Below are positions 39,310 to 47,738 of a stretch of 64,000 nt of DNA, piece by piece. The translations under genes were made by a program, and so were the position numbers. This stretch comes from a phage, in assembly GCA_036930585.1 (NCBI GenBank), contig GCA_036930585.1_3066.1; one strand, 5' to 3'. Positions within the stretch are counted from its first letter, which is position 1. Each line of letters opens with the position of its first letter. The notes beneath the pieces are model-generated. The model saw only the letters and a program-made list of their open reading frames with translations, had not been told where the DNA came from and ran no database searches.

Positions 39310-39508
39310 AGCTAAACTTTTTGGCACCCTTCCAGCCTTCGTACATCATTGCGACTGACAATGACAAAGCTCCTTCACATGCTGCATACTTATTATTCCA
39401 GAACCAATTTAGAAAAACTTCATCCTCAATACCATTGTGTTTCATGTTCTGGAAAAATTTGGCGCGTTCTTCAGCAATTCGCTGCGATAATTTAGATTCA
39501 GGATTCAT
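39308..39508 (-). CDS. hypothetical protein, 66 aa
   Basis: ATG ORF. Confidence 0.5.
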   Translation of the reverse strand: MNPESKLSQRIAEERAKFFQNMKHNGIEDEVFLNWFWNNKYAACEGALSLSVAMMYEGWKGAKKFS

Positions 39509-39640
39509 TTAAATTTCCCAATTGCCATTTTCATCAATAAATTTAATCCAGTCATTTACTGACCACTTAGTTGTATCGCCTTTTGGAGTAACATTTAAAG
39601 TATATAACCCCTGCTTAAAAAGCATTCGTTTGATATTCAT
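39509..39640 (-). CDS. small hypothetical protein, 43 aa
   Basis: ATG at 39640 with GAGGA SD (MNIKRMLFKQGLYTLNVTPKGDTTKWSVNDWIKFIDENGNWEI); the longer track ORF start overlaps the upstream gene. Confidence 0.4.
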   Translation of the reverse strand: MNIKRMLFKQGLYTLNVTPKGDTTKWSVNDWIKFIDENGNWEI

Positions 39641-39647
39641 ATTTTCC

Positions 39648-39941
39648 TCAGCTATAACGATAACACTCGTTTGATTTACGTTTAGCAACTCGTTGAGAAG
39701 TATTATAATCAAAATCATCGTCAATGTAAACTGATTTTTTCAACTTTCTTACTTCACCGCGTAATTGACGATTTAACTCATCTTTAACTTCTGAATCAAT
39801 ACCTTTCATTCTACGCCATTTATCTGAGCGAAAAATGTTTTCAACCATATCTTTATGACTTACAGCATCAGGAGCTTTACGCTTTCCGAAATAGTCATAA
39901 TCACGAACTTTCAAGTCTTTACGACGATACGTTTTACCCAT
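39648..39941 (-). CDS. hypothetical basic protein, 97 aa
   Basis: ATG at 39941 with AAGGAA SD. Confidence 0.45.
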   Translation of the reverse strand: MGKTYRRKDLKVRDYDYFGKRKAPDAVSHKDMVENIFRSDKWRRMKGIDSEVKDELNRQLRGEVRKLKKSVYIDDDFDYNTSQRVAKRKSNECYRYS

Positions 39942-40116
39942 GGAGTTTAATTTCCTTAGCAACTGAACTAAATGCAGCACGATCGCAAATCATGTGTTTA
40001 TGTAACTTAAGTATAAGATAATAAACATCATAACCATTTACGTAAGTAACACGAACAGCATTACCATTAATGAGATAATACTGCCCCTTTTTAATTTCTT
40101 TATCAACCATAACCAT
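39934..40116 (-). CDS. hypothetical protein, 60 aa
   Basis: ATG ORF. Confidence 0.45.
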   Translation of the reverse strand: MVMVDKEIKKGQYYLINGNAVRVTYVNGYDVYYLILKLHKHMICDRAAFSSVAKEIKLHG

Positions 40117-40145
40117 ATCAATTCCTCAAAGGCAATTCATATGTT

Positions 40146-40175
40146 AATAATACCACAGTTTGAGCTCGTTGTAAA
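40146..40175 (-). promoter_or_regulatory. early promoter (GTTTAC-18-TATTAT)
   Basis: minus strand GTTTACaacgagctcaaactgtggTATTAT. Confidence 0.5.
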
Positions 40176-40274
40176 CAACTTTGTGAAAATTATTTTAGGG
40201 AATGATAAGAAGGGAACGATAGCTTAGAATGGTAATATACAGAATGTGAGAAAGAAGGACCCAGAGGGCCCGTC

Positions 40275-40598
40275 TTAGTCTTCTATGATATCTCTATCAT
40301 ATCCAAGTGAAATGAGAGTTTCTTTGAAGTGTTTAATGTTCTTTTGTCTAGAATCATTAATGAAAATGACTGGATAACGAATGTTAAGAGATGTGAATCC
40401 AGCGCGTTTAGCAAGAGATACAATCAGCGGACGATCATACTCAATCTTACCGTTATTTGTAAGAACTTTATAGAAAGTAAAAGGAGCATTGAGCTCCTTT
40501 AGAAGTTTTGTAACTGATTGACATCCAGGACAACGACCTACTTCTTCGGGGATGCCATAGATTTCAATCTTATTCTTTAAGTTCGAGTTTTGTTCCAC
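40275..40598 (-). CDS. nrdH: glutaredoxin-like protein (CPGC active site), NrdH-like; start uncertain (GTG at 40598 with AAGGA SD proposed)
   Basis: KIEIYGIPEEVGRCPGCQSVTKLLKELNAPF...; long track ORF N-terminus overlaps upstream gene and is low-complexity. Confidence 0.55.
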   Translation of the reverse strand: MEQNSNLKNKIEIYGIPEEVGRCPGCQSVTKLLKELNAPFTFYKVLTNNGKIEYDRPLIVSLAKRAGFTSLNIRYPVIFINDSRQKNIKHFKETLISLGYDRDIIED

Positions 40599-40881
40599 GA
40601 GAAATAATTCCTTGATAAGCCCAGTATGGCGGGTTAACAGAATCCTCACCAGAGTTTTCTTCAGGAAAATAAACCTGGATAACAAATCCAGATGCATCAA
40701 AGGTAAAATAAACCGTAGGCAGTTCACCTAACAATTCGGCACGAGCATTAATTTCTTCGAGATCTCGTTCACGTCCAGCCCAAAAACTAGGATTTAGACT
40801 ACATTCGTAAAAATAATAGTCATTACCGAACATATCAAAACCCTTCCAACTCTCTACTACATACCGCTCAAAACTAATCAT
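40570..40881 (-). CDS. hypothetical protein, 103 aa
   Basis: ATG ORF. Confidence 0.5.
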   Translation of the reverse strand: MISFERYVVESWKGFDMFGNDYYFYECSLNPSFWAGRERDLEEINARAELLGELPTVYFTFDASGFVIQVYFPEENSGEDSVNPPYWAYQGIISRGTKLELKE

Positions 40882-40883
40882 AA

Positions 40884-41099
40884 TTAAGCCTTTTTATCAA
40901 GAACAGAATTCAGCTTGTTAGTAATTTTATCCAGACGCTCATTGAACTCGCTAGAAGATAAACCCTTTTCTGGAGAAATCAAACTAATCACGAAAAATAT
41001 AGCAATAAAAGGAATAAGGAAAATAGCTCCAACTGCCATAAACAGAAAGAATGTTACAGTTGTAAGAAAATCAGCTAAACCTTTACGAAATTTATACAT
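40884..41099 (-). CDS. small membrane protein, 71 aa
   Basis: hydrophobic N-terminal segment. Confidence 0.5.
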   Translation of the reverse strand: MYKFRKGLADFLTTVTFFLFMAVGAIFLIPFIAIFFVISLISPEKGLSSSEFNERLDKITNKLNSVLDKKA

Positions 41100-41214
41100 A
41101 TTTTACCCTTAATCGATTAACCGAGCATTGATAAGTACTAAACTATACTGCGAATAAAATTCTGGACCAAAATGAAAAATCATATCATTTATAGTATCCA
41201 TAATGTAATTCAAT

Positions 41215-41652
41215 TTAATCATGTGTCCACACCCCATCGGTATTTGACCAAAGCCGCTGATTATCTGATCCTCGCCACAGCTTTTTGGTCGGAAGATTTT
41301 TCTCATACTTCCCATCAATAATAACATCAACATATTTAAGCATTTCTAGCTGTTTAATATCTTCAAACTTATATCCTGTCCACAACCAAATGTCTTTCTC
41401 AGGAAATCTTGCTTTAACCCAAGAAACTAAATTTGAAATCTCTTCTCGGTTCTGTGGATAAAGCGGGTCACCACCGGTTAAGGTAAGGCCTTGGATATAT
41501 GATTTGCTTAAATGGGACGCAAGTTCTTTAACGGTATTCATAGTGAATAACTGTCCGTTACGAGCATTCCAAGTACTACGATTATAACAACCTTCGCATT
41601 TATGCAAACAACCTGTAACGAAAAGAACGGTCCTGCATCCAGGGCCATTCAC
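41215..41652 (-). CDS. nrdG: anaerobic ribonucleotide reductase activase NrdG (radical SAM), lacking a canonical ATG start
   Basis: VNGPGCRTVLFVTGCLHKCEGCYN (CxxxCxxC); only GTG at 41652 available; in-frame TAG TAG 7-8 codons upstream. Confidence 0.7.
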   Translation of the reverse strand: MNGPGCRTVLFVTGCLHKCEGCYNRSTWNARNGQLFTMNTVKELASHLSKSYIQGLTLTGGDPLYPQNREEISNLVSWVKARFPEKDIWLWTGYKFEDIKQLEMLKYVDVIIDGKYEKNLPTKKLWRGSDNQRLWSNTDGVWTHD

Positions 41653-41716
41653 AAAGCAGCACGGGATTGTCTACTAGAGAGGTTCCCCGTTTAGACCGGT
41701 TTTACATGAGCCTGAA

Positions 41717-42263
41717 TTAAATTAACTCATACGCCTGGAATGCATCGTATACATCTTTTTCTGTTTTAGATTGGGCATAATTCAATGCATCAGCGATTTG
41801 CCATTTTTCTGCGTCCTCAATATGTTTTGCGTAGGTACGTTTAACATAAGGAGAAAGTACTTTATCTACATTCGCAAAAGTCGTTCCGCCGTATTGGTGA
41901 GAAGCAACCTGTGCAGTAATTTGTGCCATAATTGCAGTAGCAACACCGATTGATTTAGGAGTTTCAATCTGTGCATTACCAAGCTTAAATCCGTTTTCAA
42001 GCATTCCTTTTAAATCTACTAAACAACAATTAGTAAATGGCAATGATATACTGTAATCTAAATCATGGAAATGAATAATTCCGCTTTCATGCGCTTTCAT
42101 AATAAAAGACGGGACCATATTTTTGGCAATGTGTTTAGACACAATACCAGGCCATAAGGTCCCGTTGAGTTGGAAAAACACGAGAATCTTTATTAGCATT
42201 CTCGTTTAAAAGGTCTTTATTAGTTTTATGAATCAATCCTTCAATTTCTTTTTCAATTGTCAT
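41717..42263 (-). pseudogene. nrdD: nrdD (anaerobic ribonucleoside-triphosphate reductase) remnant: only about the first 180 codons, with a +1 frameshift near codon 37 and no C-terminal catalytic/glycyl-radical region
   Basis: frame 1 MTIEKEIEGLIHKTNKDLLNENANKDSRVFPTQRDLMA then stop; second frame continues GIVSKHIAKNMVPSF...IHFHDLDYS...VYDAFQAYELI-stop; homology to NrdD N-terminal region ends abruptly about 65 nt before nrdG. Confidence 0.8.
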
Positions 42264-42733
42264 TTTAAACTCTTTCTAAGCTGCTTCTTGAATGAAGCTA
42301 TTAATTGTGTTTTGGTGTCAGATTCATTATATTCAAATCCTCTTTGAAGCATCTCGGCCATCATTTCCTCTTTTCCGAAACGAGAAAATTCCTTTGATTT
42401 ATCTCCAACAAAGTTAGGGTGAATATTATTTTGGGTGTAATCGGATTTTAAATAAGTAAGTAAATTTTCTAACCATTCAAGATAATCAACACCTTGTCCC
42501 TTTAAGCCAGAACGATTAAATTTATGCTTCATTTGACCTTCTGCGGCATTGCATAGATTACAAAGCAATCCACGTACCTTTCCTGCTTTTGGTCCATTTA
42601 ATTCATGGTCATGATCAAGATGATTAGCTTGAACATCAGGATTTAGTTCTCGTTGGCAAATTAAGCATTTACCGTTTTGTGCATCATAAAATTTCTGTTT
42701 TTCTTCTTTATATAATTTGCCAGTCAATAACAT
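42260..42733 (-). CDS. 49: endonuclease VII (Holliday junction resolvase) gp49, 157 aa
   Basis: MLLTGKLYKEEKQKFYDAQNGKCLICQRELNPDVQANHLDHDHELNGPKAGKVRGLLCNLCNAAEG... Confidence 0.95.
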   Translation of the reverse strand: MLLTGKLYKEEKQKFYDAQNGKCLICQRELNPDVQANHLDHDHELNGPKAGKVRGLLCNLCNAAEGQMKHKFNRSGLKGQGVDYLEWLENLLTYLKSDYTQNNIHPNFVGDKSKEFSRFGKEEMMAEMLQRGFEYNESDTKTQLIASFKKQLRKSLK

Positions 42734-42774
42734 AATAAACCCTTACCTTAAATAGATAAGGGTATTTATTATTT

Positions 42775-43260
42775 TCAAGTATTGTAAAACATTTGATTCA
42801 ATCGCTTATATTGCCGAATCTTTTGGTCAGAAAAAGAAATTTGGGTTTCAAGCCATTCAATGTACTCTGCGGCAGCTTGCATCAGGTTACCTTCATAGCC
42901 ATCGTTATTTTCTTGCGCAGCTAATTTAGCTAATGCGTATGAAATACGTTCACCTTGAAAAGCGGCTTTAGGCTTCTGAACATCTTGGCTAGTTCTCTCT
43001 ACAACTTCTTCAATTTCGCCATTTTCTACTGATTCAGTATTCCACAAACACCAGTATGTAATTGGCTTATCATAGATGTTAATAATCTTTCCGTCAGAAA
43101 GTTCAATTTCAATAATTCCAGTGTCAGGCTCTATATCATCTTCACATTCTTTTACAAGTTCACGAACTTTAAAGACAGTACCTGCACTAAGTTCCGGCCA
43201 GTAATTACACAGCCCTGTATCAGCACGATTAATTCTAAACCACTTATCTACTGTAATCAT
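42775..43260 (-). CDS. pin: Pin (inhibitor of host Lon protease), 161 aa
   Basis: ATG at 43260 gives 161 aa as in T4; position next to gene 49. Confidence 0.7.
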   Translation of the reverse strand: MITVDKWFRINRADTGLCNYWPELSAGTVFKVRELVKECEDDIEPDTGIIEIELSDGKIINIYDKPITYWCLWNTESVENGEIEEVVERTSQDVQKPKAAFQGERISYALAKLAAQENNDGYEGNLMQAAAEYIEWLETQISFSDQKIRQYKRLNQMFYNT

Positions 43261-43382
43261 GTCCCATCTCCATATCAATTAAGTCATTTATCGTTGGTTC
43301 ATTATATACTGTTTCTTCATCAGTGTAAACCGGTTCTTCCGGCTCTGGCTCTACAGTTTCCCATCTAGCCGCCCACCAAGGT

Positions 43383-43553
43383 TTAACCCCGAAGCTTATT
43401 AAGTTCTTCATCATCAATCCAGGATTCTAGTCCTGATGGCAGGTCACATTCAATTTCCCAAAGAAGTTCTTCAATTTTTTGAAGACGATCTAGTTCTTCA
43501 GCAGGAATAGTAACCATTGACGGAGCTCTTGCTACATTAATATCGTAAATCAT
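43383..43553 (-). CDS. small hypothetical protein, about 56 aa
   Basis: ATG at 43553. Confidence 0.35.
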   Translation of the reverse strand: MIYDINVARAPSMVTIPAEELDRLQKIEELLWEIECDLPSGLESWIDDEELNKLRG

Positions 43554-43555
43554 AT

Positions 43556-43771
43556 TTACCCCAGTTTGACCATACAATCGCCGTATTTCCACTTAGAAAT
43601 AGACTTTTCACCATTAGAATAATAAACTTCAAGTTTAGCACGATTATTTTTAATTTGAATAACCTTTGCTGTCATCAAAGTTCCATACCCATAATAAACT
43701 GCAACTTCATCACCTACATATACCGCACTTCCGCGGTAATCGTGAATATAGTCAGTTCCTTCGAGCATCAT
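43556..43771 (-). CDS. hypothetical protein, 71 aa
   Basis: ATG ORF overlapping nrdC stop. Confidence 0.5.
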   Translation of the reverse strand: MMLEGTDYIHDYRGSAVYVGDEVAVYYGYGTLMTAKVIQIKNNRAKLEVYYSNGEKSISKWKYGDCMVKLG

Positions 43772-44031
43772 TTAAAGTATTCCCGCAATTGGTCAAATCC
43801 ACCAATATGACTTCCATCTGGAGCGAATACCTGCGGCATTGTCAATCCAATTTGAGTATCACGACCTAGTTTAGTCAGAAGCTCAGCGATTTTCTCATCA
43901 TCAAAAACACCTTTTTCCGGCATAATGTTGATAAATTCAAACGGCTGTTTCTTCACGGTCAAAAGACGTTTTGCATTATCGCAATACACACATTTATGGA
44001 TGTTGCTATCATAACCATATACTTTAAACAT
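43768..44031 (-). CDS. nrdC: thioredoxin/glutaredoxin NrdC, 87 aa
   Basis: MFKVYGYDSNIHKCVYCDNAKRLLTVKKQPFEFINIMPEKGVFDDEKIAELLTKLGRDTQIGLTMPQVFAPDGSHIGGFDQLREYFK. Confidence 0.9.
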   Translation of the reverse strand: MFKVYGYDSNIHKCVYCDNAKRLLTVKKQPFEFINIMPEKGVFDDEKIAELLTKLGRDTQIGLTMPQVFAPDGSHIGGFDQLREYFK

Positions 44032-44032
44032 A

Positions 44033-44275
44033 TTATTCCTTAATTCCTAGTACTTGTTTAAAAGTCTCGTCGTAATCAAGACTTTGGCCCGTTTGTTCTT
44101 TATGTTTGTATATAATATCACTTACTTCTGATAGCATATTTTTATATGAACGAGTTAAAGCAGATTTAAGCACGCTGTATCTATCAGGAAATTTACCATG
44201 TTCATTATAATAAGCTATTGCTAATTCACGGACTGCCTTTTCAGCAGCCTCCATATATTCTTTACGCTTGGTCAT
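44033..44275 (-). CDS. hypothetical protein, 80 aa
   Basis: ATG ORF. Confidence 0.5.
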   Translation of the reverse strand: MTKRKEYMEAAEKAVRELAIAYYNEHGKFPDRYSVLKSALTRSYKNMLSEVSDIIYKHKEQTGQSLDYDETFKQVLGIKE

Positions 44276-44277
44276 TT

Positions 44278-44667
44278 TTAATCCAAAATATTATTAGGCA
44301 TTGGTTGAACACTCACAAGTTCTTTAAAGAACTCAGTAGAGTCAGGCAATTTAACCATTTCCGGAGCATGCTTACTGAATTTATGTTTACATTGACGGCA
44401 TTTATATTCAAGCTCTGGTTTACGCCAGTTAATCAATTGAACTTGTTCAGTTCCACATTCAGGGCAATTAGGAACGTTTTTAGAAGCTCTTTCACGTCGT
44501 TCAACCATAGCCATAATAGCATCCCATGCTGGAGGTTTAAAATCTAAATCGTCGCAGCCGTGAATCTTTCCACGCATTTCCATATCATCTTCCTCACCAG
44601 CCATAATAATTTTAATTAAACTGGAATTACTTGAAGCTGCAATGTCTTCTAATAGACGCTTTTTCAT
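44278..44667 (-). CDS. hypothetical zinc-binding protein, 129 aa
   Basis: CPECG...CRQCKH cysteine pairs. Confidence 0.5.
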   Translation of the reverse strand: MKKRLLEDIAASSNSSLIKIIMAGEEDDMEMRGKIHGCDDLDFKPPAWDAIMAMVERRERASKNVPNCPECGTEQVQLINWRKPELEYKCRQCKHKFSKHAPEMVKLPDSTEFFKELVSVQPMPNNILD

Positions 44668-45590
44668 TTCAATACCTCAATAGCATTACGTAAACCATTT
44701 GCTTTGGCGGTTAAAGCCTTAAGAACTTTAGTATGCTCTTCAATTTGTTTTTCAACTTCAGTCAAACGGACATTGAGATATTCACGTTCTTCTTTCATAG
44801 TATCATTTCCATGATTGGGTTTTGGTATAGGTTTAAATTCACTAGGGTCCTTTAATTTAATAACAAATTTAGTTTCAAACAGTGAAAGACCATAATTCGT
44901 ATTATCATCAAAGGATTTGACTACATCCATATCAGATAATAACACGCGCAAATTATAAGCCAAAGAACTAATAGTTTCATTGTGTTTATTAGCTTCGCGT
45001 GGTTTCATATACGGAAGATTTTTATATATCTCATGCGGAGCGCAAACGATAATTGACAATTCAAATTGTCCATTCTGGGACGATGGAATGAATTTAGCCG
45101 TAACCCAGTCTTTTACATTCACATTAATAGTACGGTTATCACCATGACAAAACAGTCTACGAGAATGCTTAAAAAGCATATTCACGTTATTATTGAATTC
45201 GTGTGAAAATTCACTAGCAAATTTTTCTTTACTATCTTTAGAAAACCATTCTTCTAAATAAGTTCTTTTCACGTCGTTAATAATATTAAATGTAACAACA
45301 CTAGCATTTGATACATTAGTCTTAATGTAGCTTGGATACATAAATTTTTTAACATTATTAACAGCTATCACAGAAGATAGTAATCGGGAACGTTTGAACC
45401 ACTCGAGCAAAGAACCAAGAGAATGTGAATACGCATTTTGTGTATCTTTACAAATATGGTTTTCCCATCCAATATAGTCTAAAAAATCACGAAGAATATT
45501 ATTGATTACTGCTCTGTGTCCGATCTGATAATTACGGTGTTTAGTAATAAGACTGTCAAAATAATCAATATAATGTTTACGAGTTTTCAT
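44664..45590 (-). CDS. hypothetical protein, 308 aa, member of tandem paralog family with C-terminal coiled coil
   Basis: MKTRKHYIDYF... N-terminus and C-terminal coiled coil shared with the next three genes. Confidence 0.6.
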   Translation of the reverse strand: MKTRKHYIDYFDSLITKHRNYQIGHRAVINNILRDFLDYIGWENHICKDTQNAYSHSLGSLLEWFKRSRLLSSVIAVNNVKKFMYPSYIKTNVSNASVVTFNIINDVKRTYLEEWFSKDSKEKFASEFSHEFNNNVNMLFKHSRRLFCHGDNRTINVNVKDWVTAKFIPSSQNGQFELSIIVCAPHEIYKNLPYMKPREANKHNETISSLAYNLRVLLSDMDVVKSFDDNTNYGLSLFETKFVIKLKDPSEFKPIPKPNHGNDTMKEEREYLNVRLTEVEKQIEEHTKVLKALTAKANGLRNAIEVLK

Positions 45591-45642
45591 ATTCTTCTCA
45601 CTTGGTTAATGGTTTATACTCCGAGCCATCCTTGGCTTTAAA

Positions 45643-46644
45643 TTACTTAATTAACTGTAAAGCTTGTTCAAGACGATTAAGACGATTAACGGATTCTTCC
45701 CAAATCTTTTTAGCCTGCTCATATTCTTTCTGCGCTTTATTAGAAATTTCTAGAACTTCTTTATAAGCTTTTTCTAGTGCAATAACTTCTGGACGAATTT
45801 CTACTGGTTCAGGCGAATCGTCAAGACATTCCATTAGTTCCTCAAGGGTAGTTTCTTCTTTAGGAGTATTCACAATTTCATCACATTTTTGTTGGTAAAT
45901 TTCTTTATCAGTCGGTGAGTACGCACACTTTACTTCACGGAGACTAACTACAATTTTATATCCTTCCCAACCGCATATATTCTTAAAAGGATAAGTATGA
46001 ATATTTTCTACTGTTTCCATACAAAGTAATGCGGTCTCTAATTGACGAGTTATAGTGCTAGCAATTGAGAAAAATTTATTAATGTTCTTTTGATTAGCTT
46101 CTGGTGTAAAAAATCTGTAATTAATAAAAATAGCTACTTTGTTTTTATCAAGTTCATATTCTTCTGCTATAATCATATCATCAGCTAAGGGATGAATTTG
46201 ACGATAATCGCCATAACATAATTTAGAAGCTGATTTTAGAATTTGCTTCGTAAAACTCCTAAATTCACTAACCCAACGACGAGTAAAAATATTCTCAGGG
46301 TCTTCTTTAGTATTAAGATGATAAGTATTAACATCACCGAACCAATTATATCCTACTACATCTTTAGTTCGTTTAATTTCTTTCCCAAATTTACTAAGAA
46401 TATCTCTGTTGACTAAGTATGAAAGAAGACGAGACTCTTTAAAGGTTTTCTTGATAAGATCTTTATCTACACGACTAGAAATTTTACGAATTTCATGAAT
46501 AAATTTGCTGGAAGAAACAATACTTGCATCAGTATTGTTGAGCCACTGATTGATAATAGAAAGAACACTATTCTGACTAGACATAGGTTTAACTTTATCA
46601 TCAATAACGCTATTGAATGATTTGATATATTCGTTACGAGTCAT
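45643..46644 (-). CDS. hypothetical protein, 333 aa, tandem paralog family member
   Basis: ATG at 46644 with GAGGAG SD (MTRNEYIKSF...); track start at 46674 lies within the promoter. Confidence 0.6.
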   Translation of the reverse strand: MTRNEYIKSFNSVIDDKVKPMSSQNSVLSIINQWLNNTDASIVSSSKFIHEIRKISSRVDKDLIKKTFKESRLLSYLVNRDILSKFGKEIKRTKDVVGYNWFGDVNTYHLNTKEDPENIFTRRWVSEFRSFTKQILKSASKLCYGDYRQIHPLADDMIIAEEYELDKNKVAIFINYRFFTPEANQKNINKFFSIASTITRQLETALLCMETVENIHTYPFKNICGWEGYKIVVSLREVKCAYSPTDKEIYQQKCDEIVNTPKEETTLEELMECLDDSPEPVEIRPEVIALEKAYKEVLEISNKAQKEYEQAKKIWEESVNRLNRLEQALQLIK

Positions 46645-46672
46645 ATTAATCTCCTCAGTAGAAAGTAAGAAC

Positions 46673-46704
46673 ATTATACCACATCCTTGTGGTAAAGTAA
46701 ACTA
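46673..46704 (-). promoter_or_regulatory. early promoter; exact 32-nt repeat of the promoter at 1202-1233
   Basis: attataccacatccttgtggtaaagtaaacta identical at both sites. Confidence 0.5.
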
Positions 46705-47730
46705 GTTCAGTGCATTTAATGCATTGTTCAGTTTAGAACGTTGCTTCGTGAGATTTTTGACTTTTTCTTGTGCTTTTTCTAGCATCTTTTCAGCTTCTAG
46801 CATTTCATTGGTCGCTTTAACGAGTTCATCATCTACTGCCTTAAGAGACTTTTCAATCGCATCAGCGTGCCATTTTTCTACAGGTTTAAAATTTGAATTT
46901 TCAGTAGGAAGAAAACTCACTTTATTAAGTTTACATGCATCTATGTTACTTGAACTGTACATCCAACATTTAGGATCGTTTGATAAGTAATTGGATAAAT
47001 TTAAATTTAAGGTATCTTGCACTTCCTGCTTTTTCTCTTGCGGGACTTCATCCTTTCTCAAAAAATCGTATTTAAATGAAACGATCATATCAAGTTCATA
47101 CGTTGTTGTATGTTCCCAATTTCGCTCAAAATGAGGTAAAATCTTAGACTGAACAGCGGCAACAACATCCATATACTTAAATGCTTCTGTCAACTGTGAT
47201 TTAAGGCATTCACAAATTGAAAGAGAATTTTTTGTATTAGGTTTAAAGCTAATTCGTGCAGTTCTATTATTTTCTTTTAACGGTCTTACTTCCATCTGAA
47301 GAGTATAACCATCAAATTTCAGGTTCTTTAAGTTAATGTCAGAACCTTTTAATCGACTAGCCGTCGACAAAATTTGCTTTAATTGTCTACGGAACAGAGC
47401 AATAAATCTCCATTCAATGCGATAATGATTTGGATTGAAAAATCCAGATGATAAATCGACCTTACTCTGACCAACACCTTGAACAAATAGAGGATTTTTA
47501 TAATCAATAGTTTTACAGAAATCGGTGAGCTGTTCACGAGCAGTCATTTGAGTAATATACCCAGCTTCATTAAAATTACGCACCCATTCACTGCTGTTCA
47601 GATGTTTAAAGGCGTGAATGGAACAATTAACTTTACCAAGGTCTAAATTATTTTCGCACAAAAATGTCATAGCATCACGAGTATAGCTGGCATTACGAAC
47701 CATATCTTCAATTTGAGAACGAGTTTTCAT
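46702..47730 (-). CDS. hypothetical protein, 342 aa, tandem paralog family member
   Basis: MKTRSQIEDMV...; C-terminal coiled coil. Confidence 0.6.
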   Translation of the reverse strand: MKTRSQIEDMVRNASYTRDAMTFLCENNLDLGKVNCSIHAFKHLNSSEWVRNFNEAGYITQMTAREQLTDFCKTIDYKNPLFVQGVGQSKVDLSSGFFNPNHYRIEWRFIALFRRQLKQILSTASRLKGSDINLKNLKFDGYTLQMEVRPLKENNRTARISFKPNTKNSLSICECLKSQLTEAFKYMDVVAAVQSKILPHFERNWEHTTTYELDMIVSFKYDFLRKDEVPQEKKQEVQDTLNLNLSNYLSNDPKCWMYSSSNIDACKLNKVSFLPTENSNFKPVEKWHADAIEKSLKAVDDELVKATNEMLEAEKMLEKAQEKVKNLTKQRSKLNNALNALN

Positions 47731-47738
47731 GGTGTTCC

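Noticed and set aside
39641-39724. N-terminal extension of the track ORF 39509-39724
   Set aside because: The extension overlaps the upstream gene in another frame and starts at TTG; an internal ATG at 39640 with a GAGGA SD gives a clean non-overlapping gene.
40255-40282. Putative terminator hairpin near the NrdH-like gene stop
   Set aside because: The GGGCCC palindrome gives only a very short stem and overlaps the stop codon; weaker than the other GAAG/UUCG-loop hairpins.
40599-40727. N-terminal extension of the NrdH-like ORF (track start 40727)
   Set aside because: Extension is Leu/Arg-rich low complexity and overlaps the 103-aa upstream gene by 128 nt; the glutaredoxin fold begins near the GTG at 40598, which has an SD.
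41109-41333. 74-aa ORF overlapping the 3' end of nrdG
   Set aside because: Overlaps nrdG by about 120 nt in another frame; only the last ~37 codons (from ATG at 41222) could be a separate gene, and support is too weak to list.
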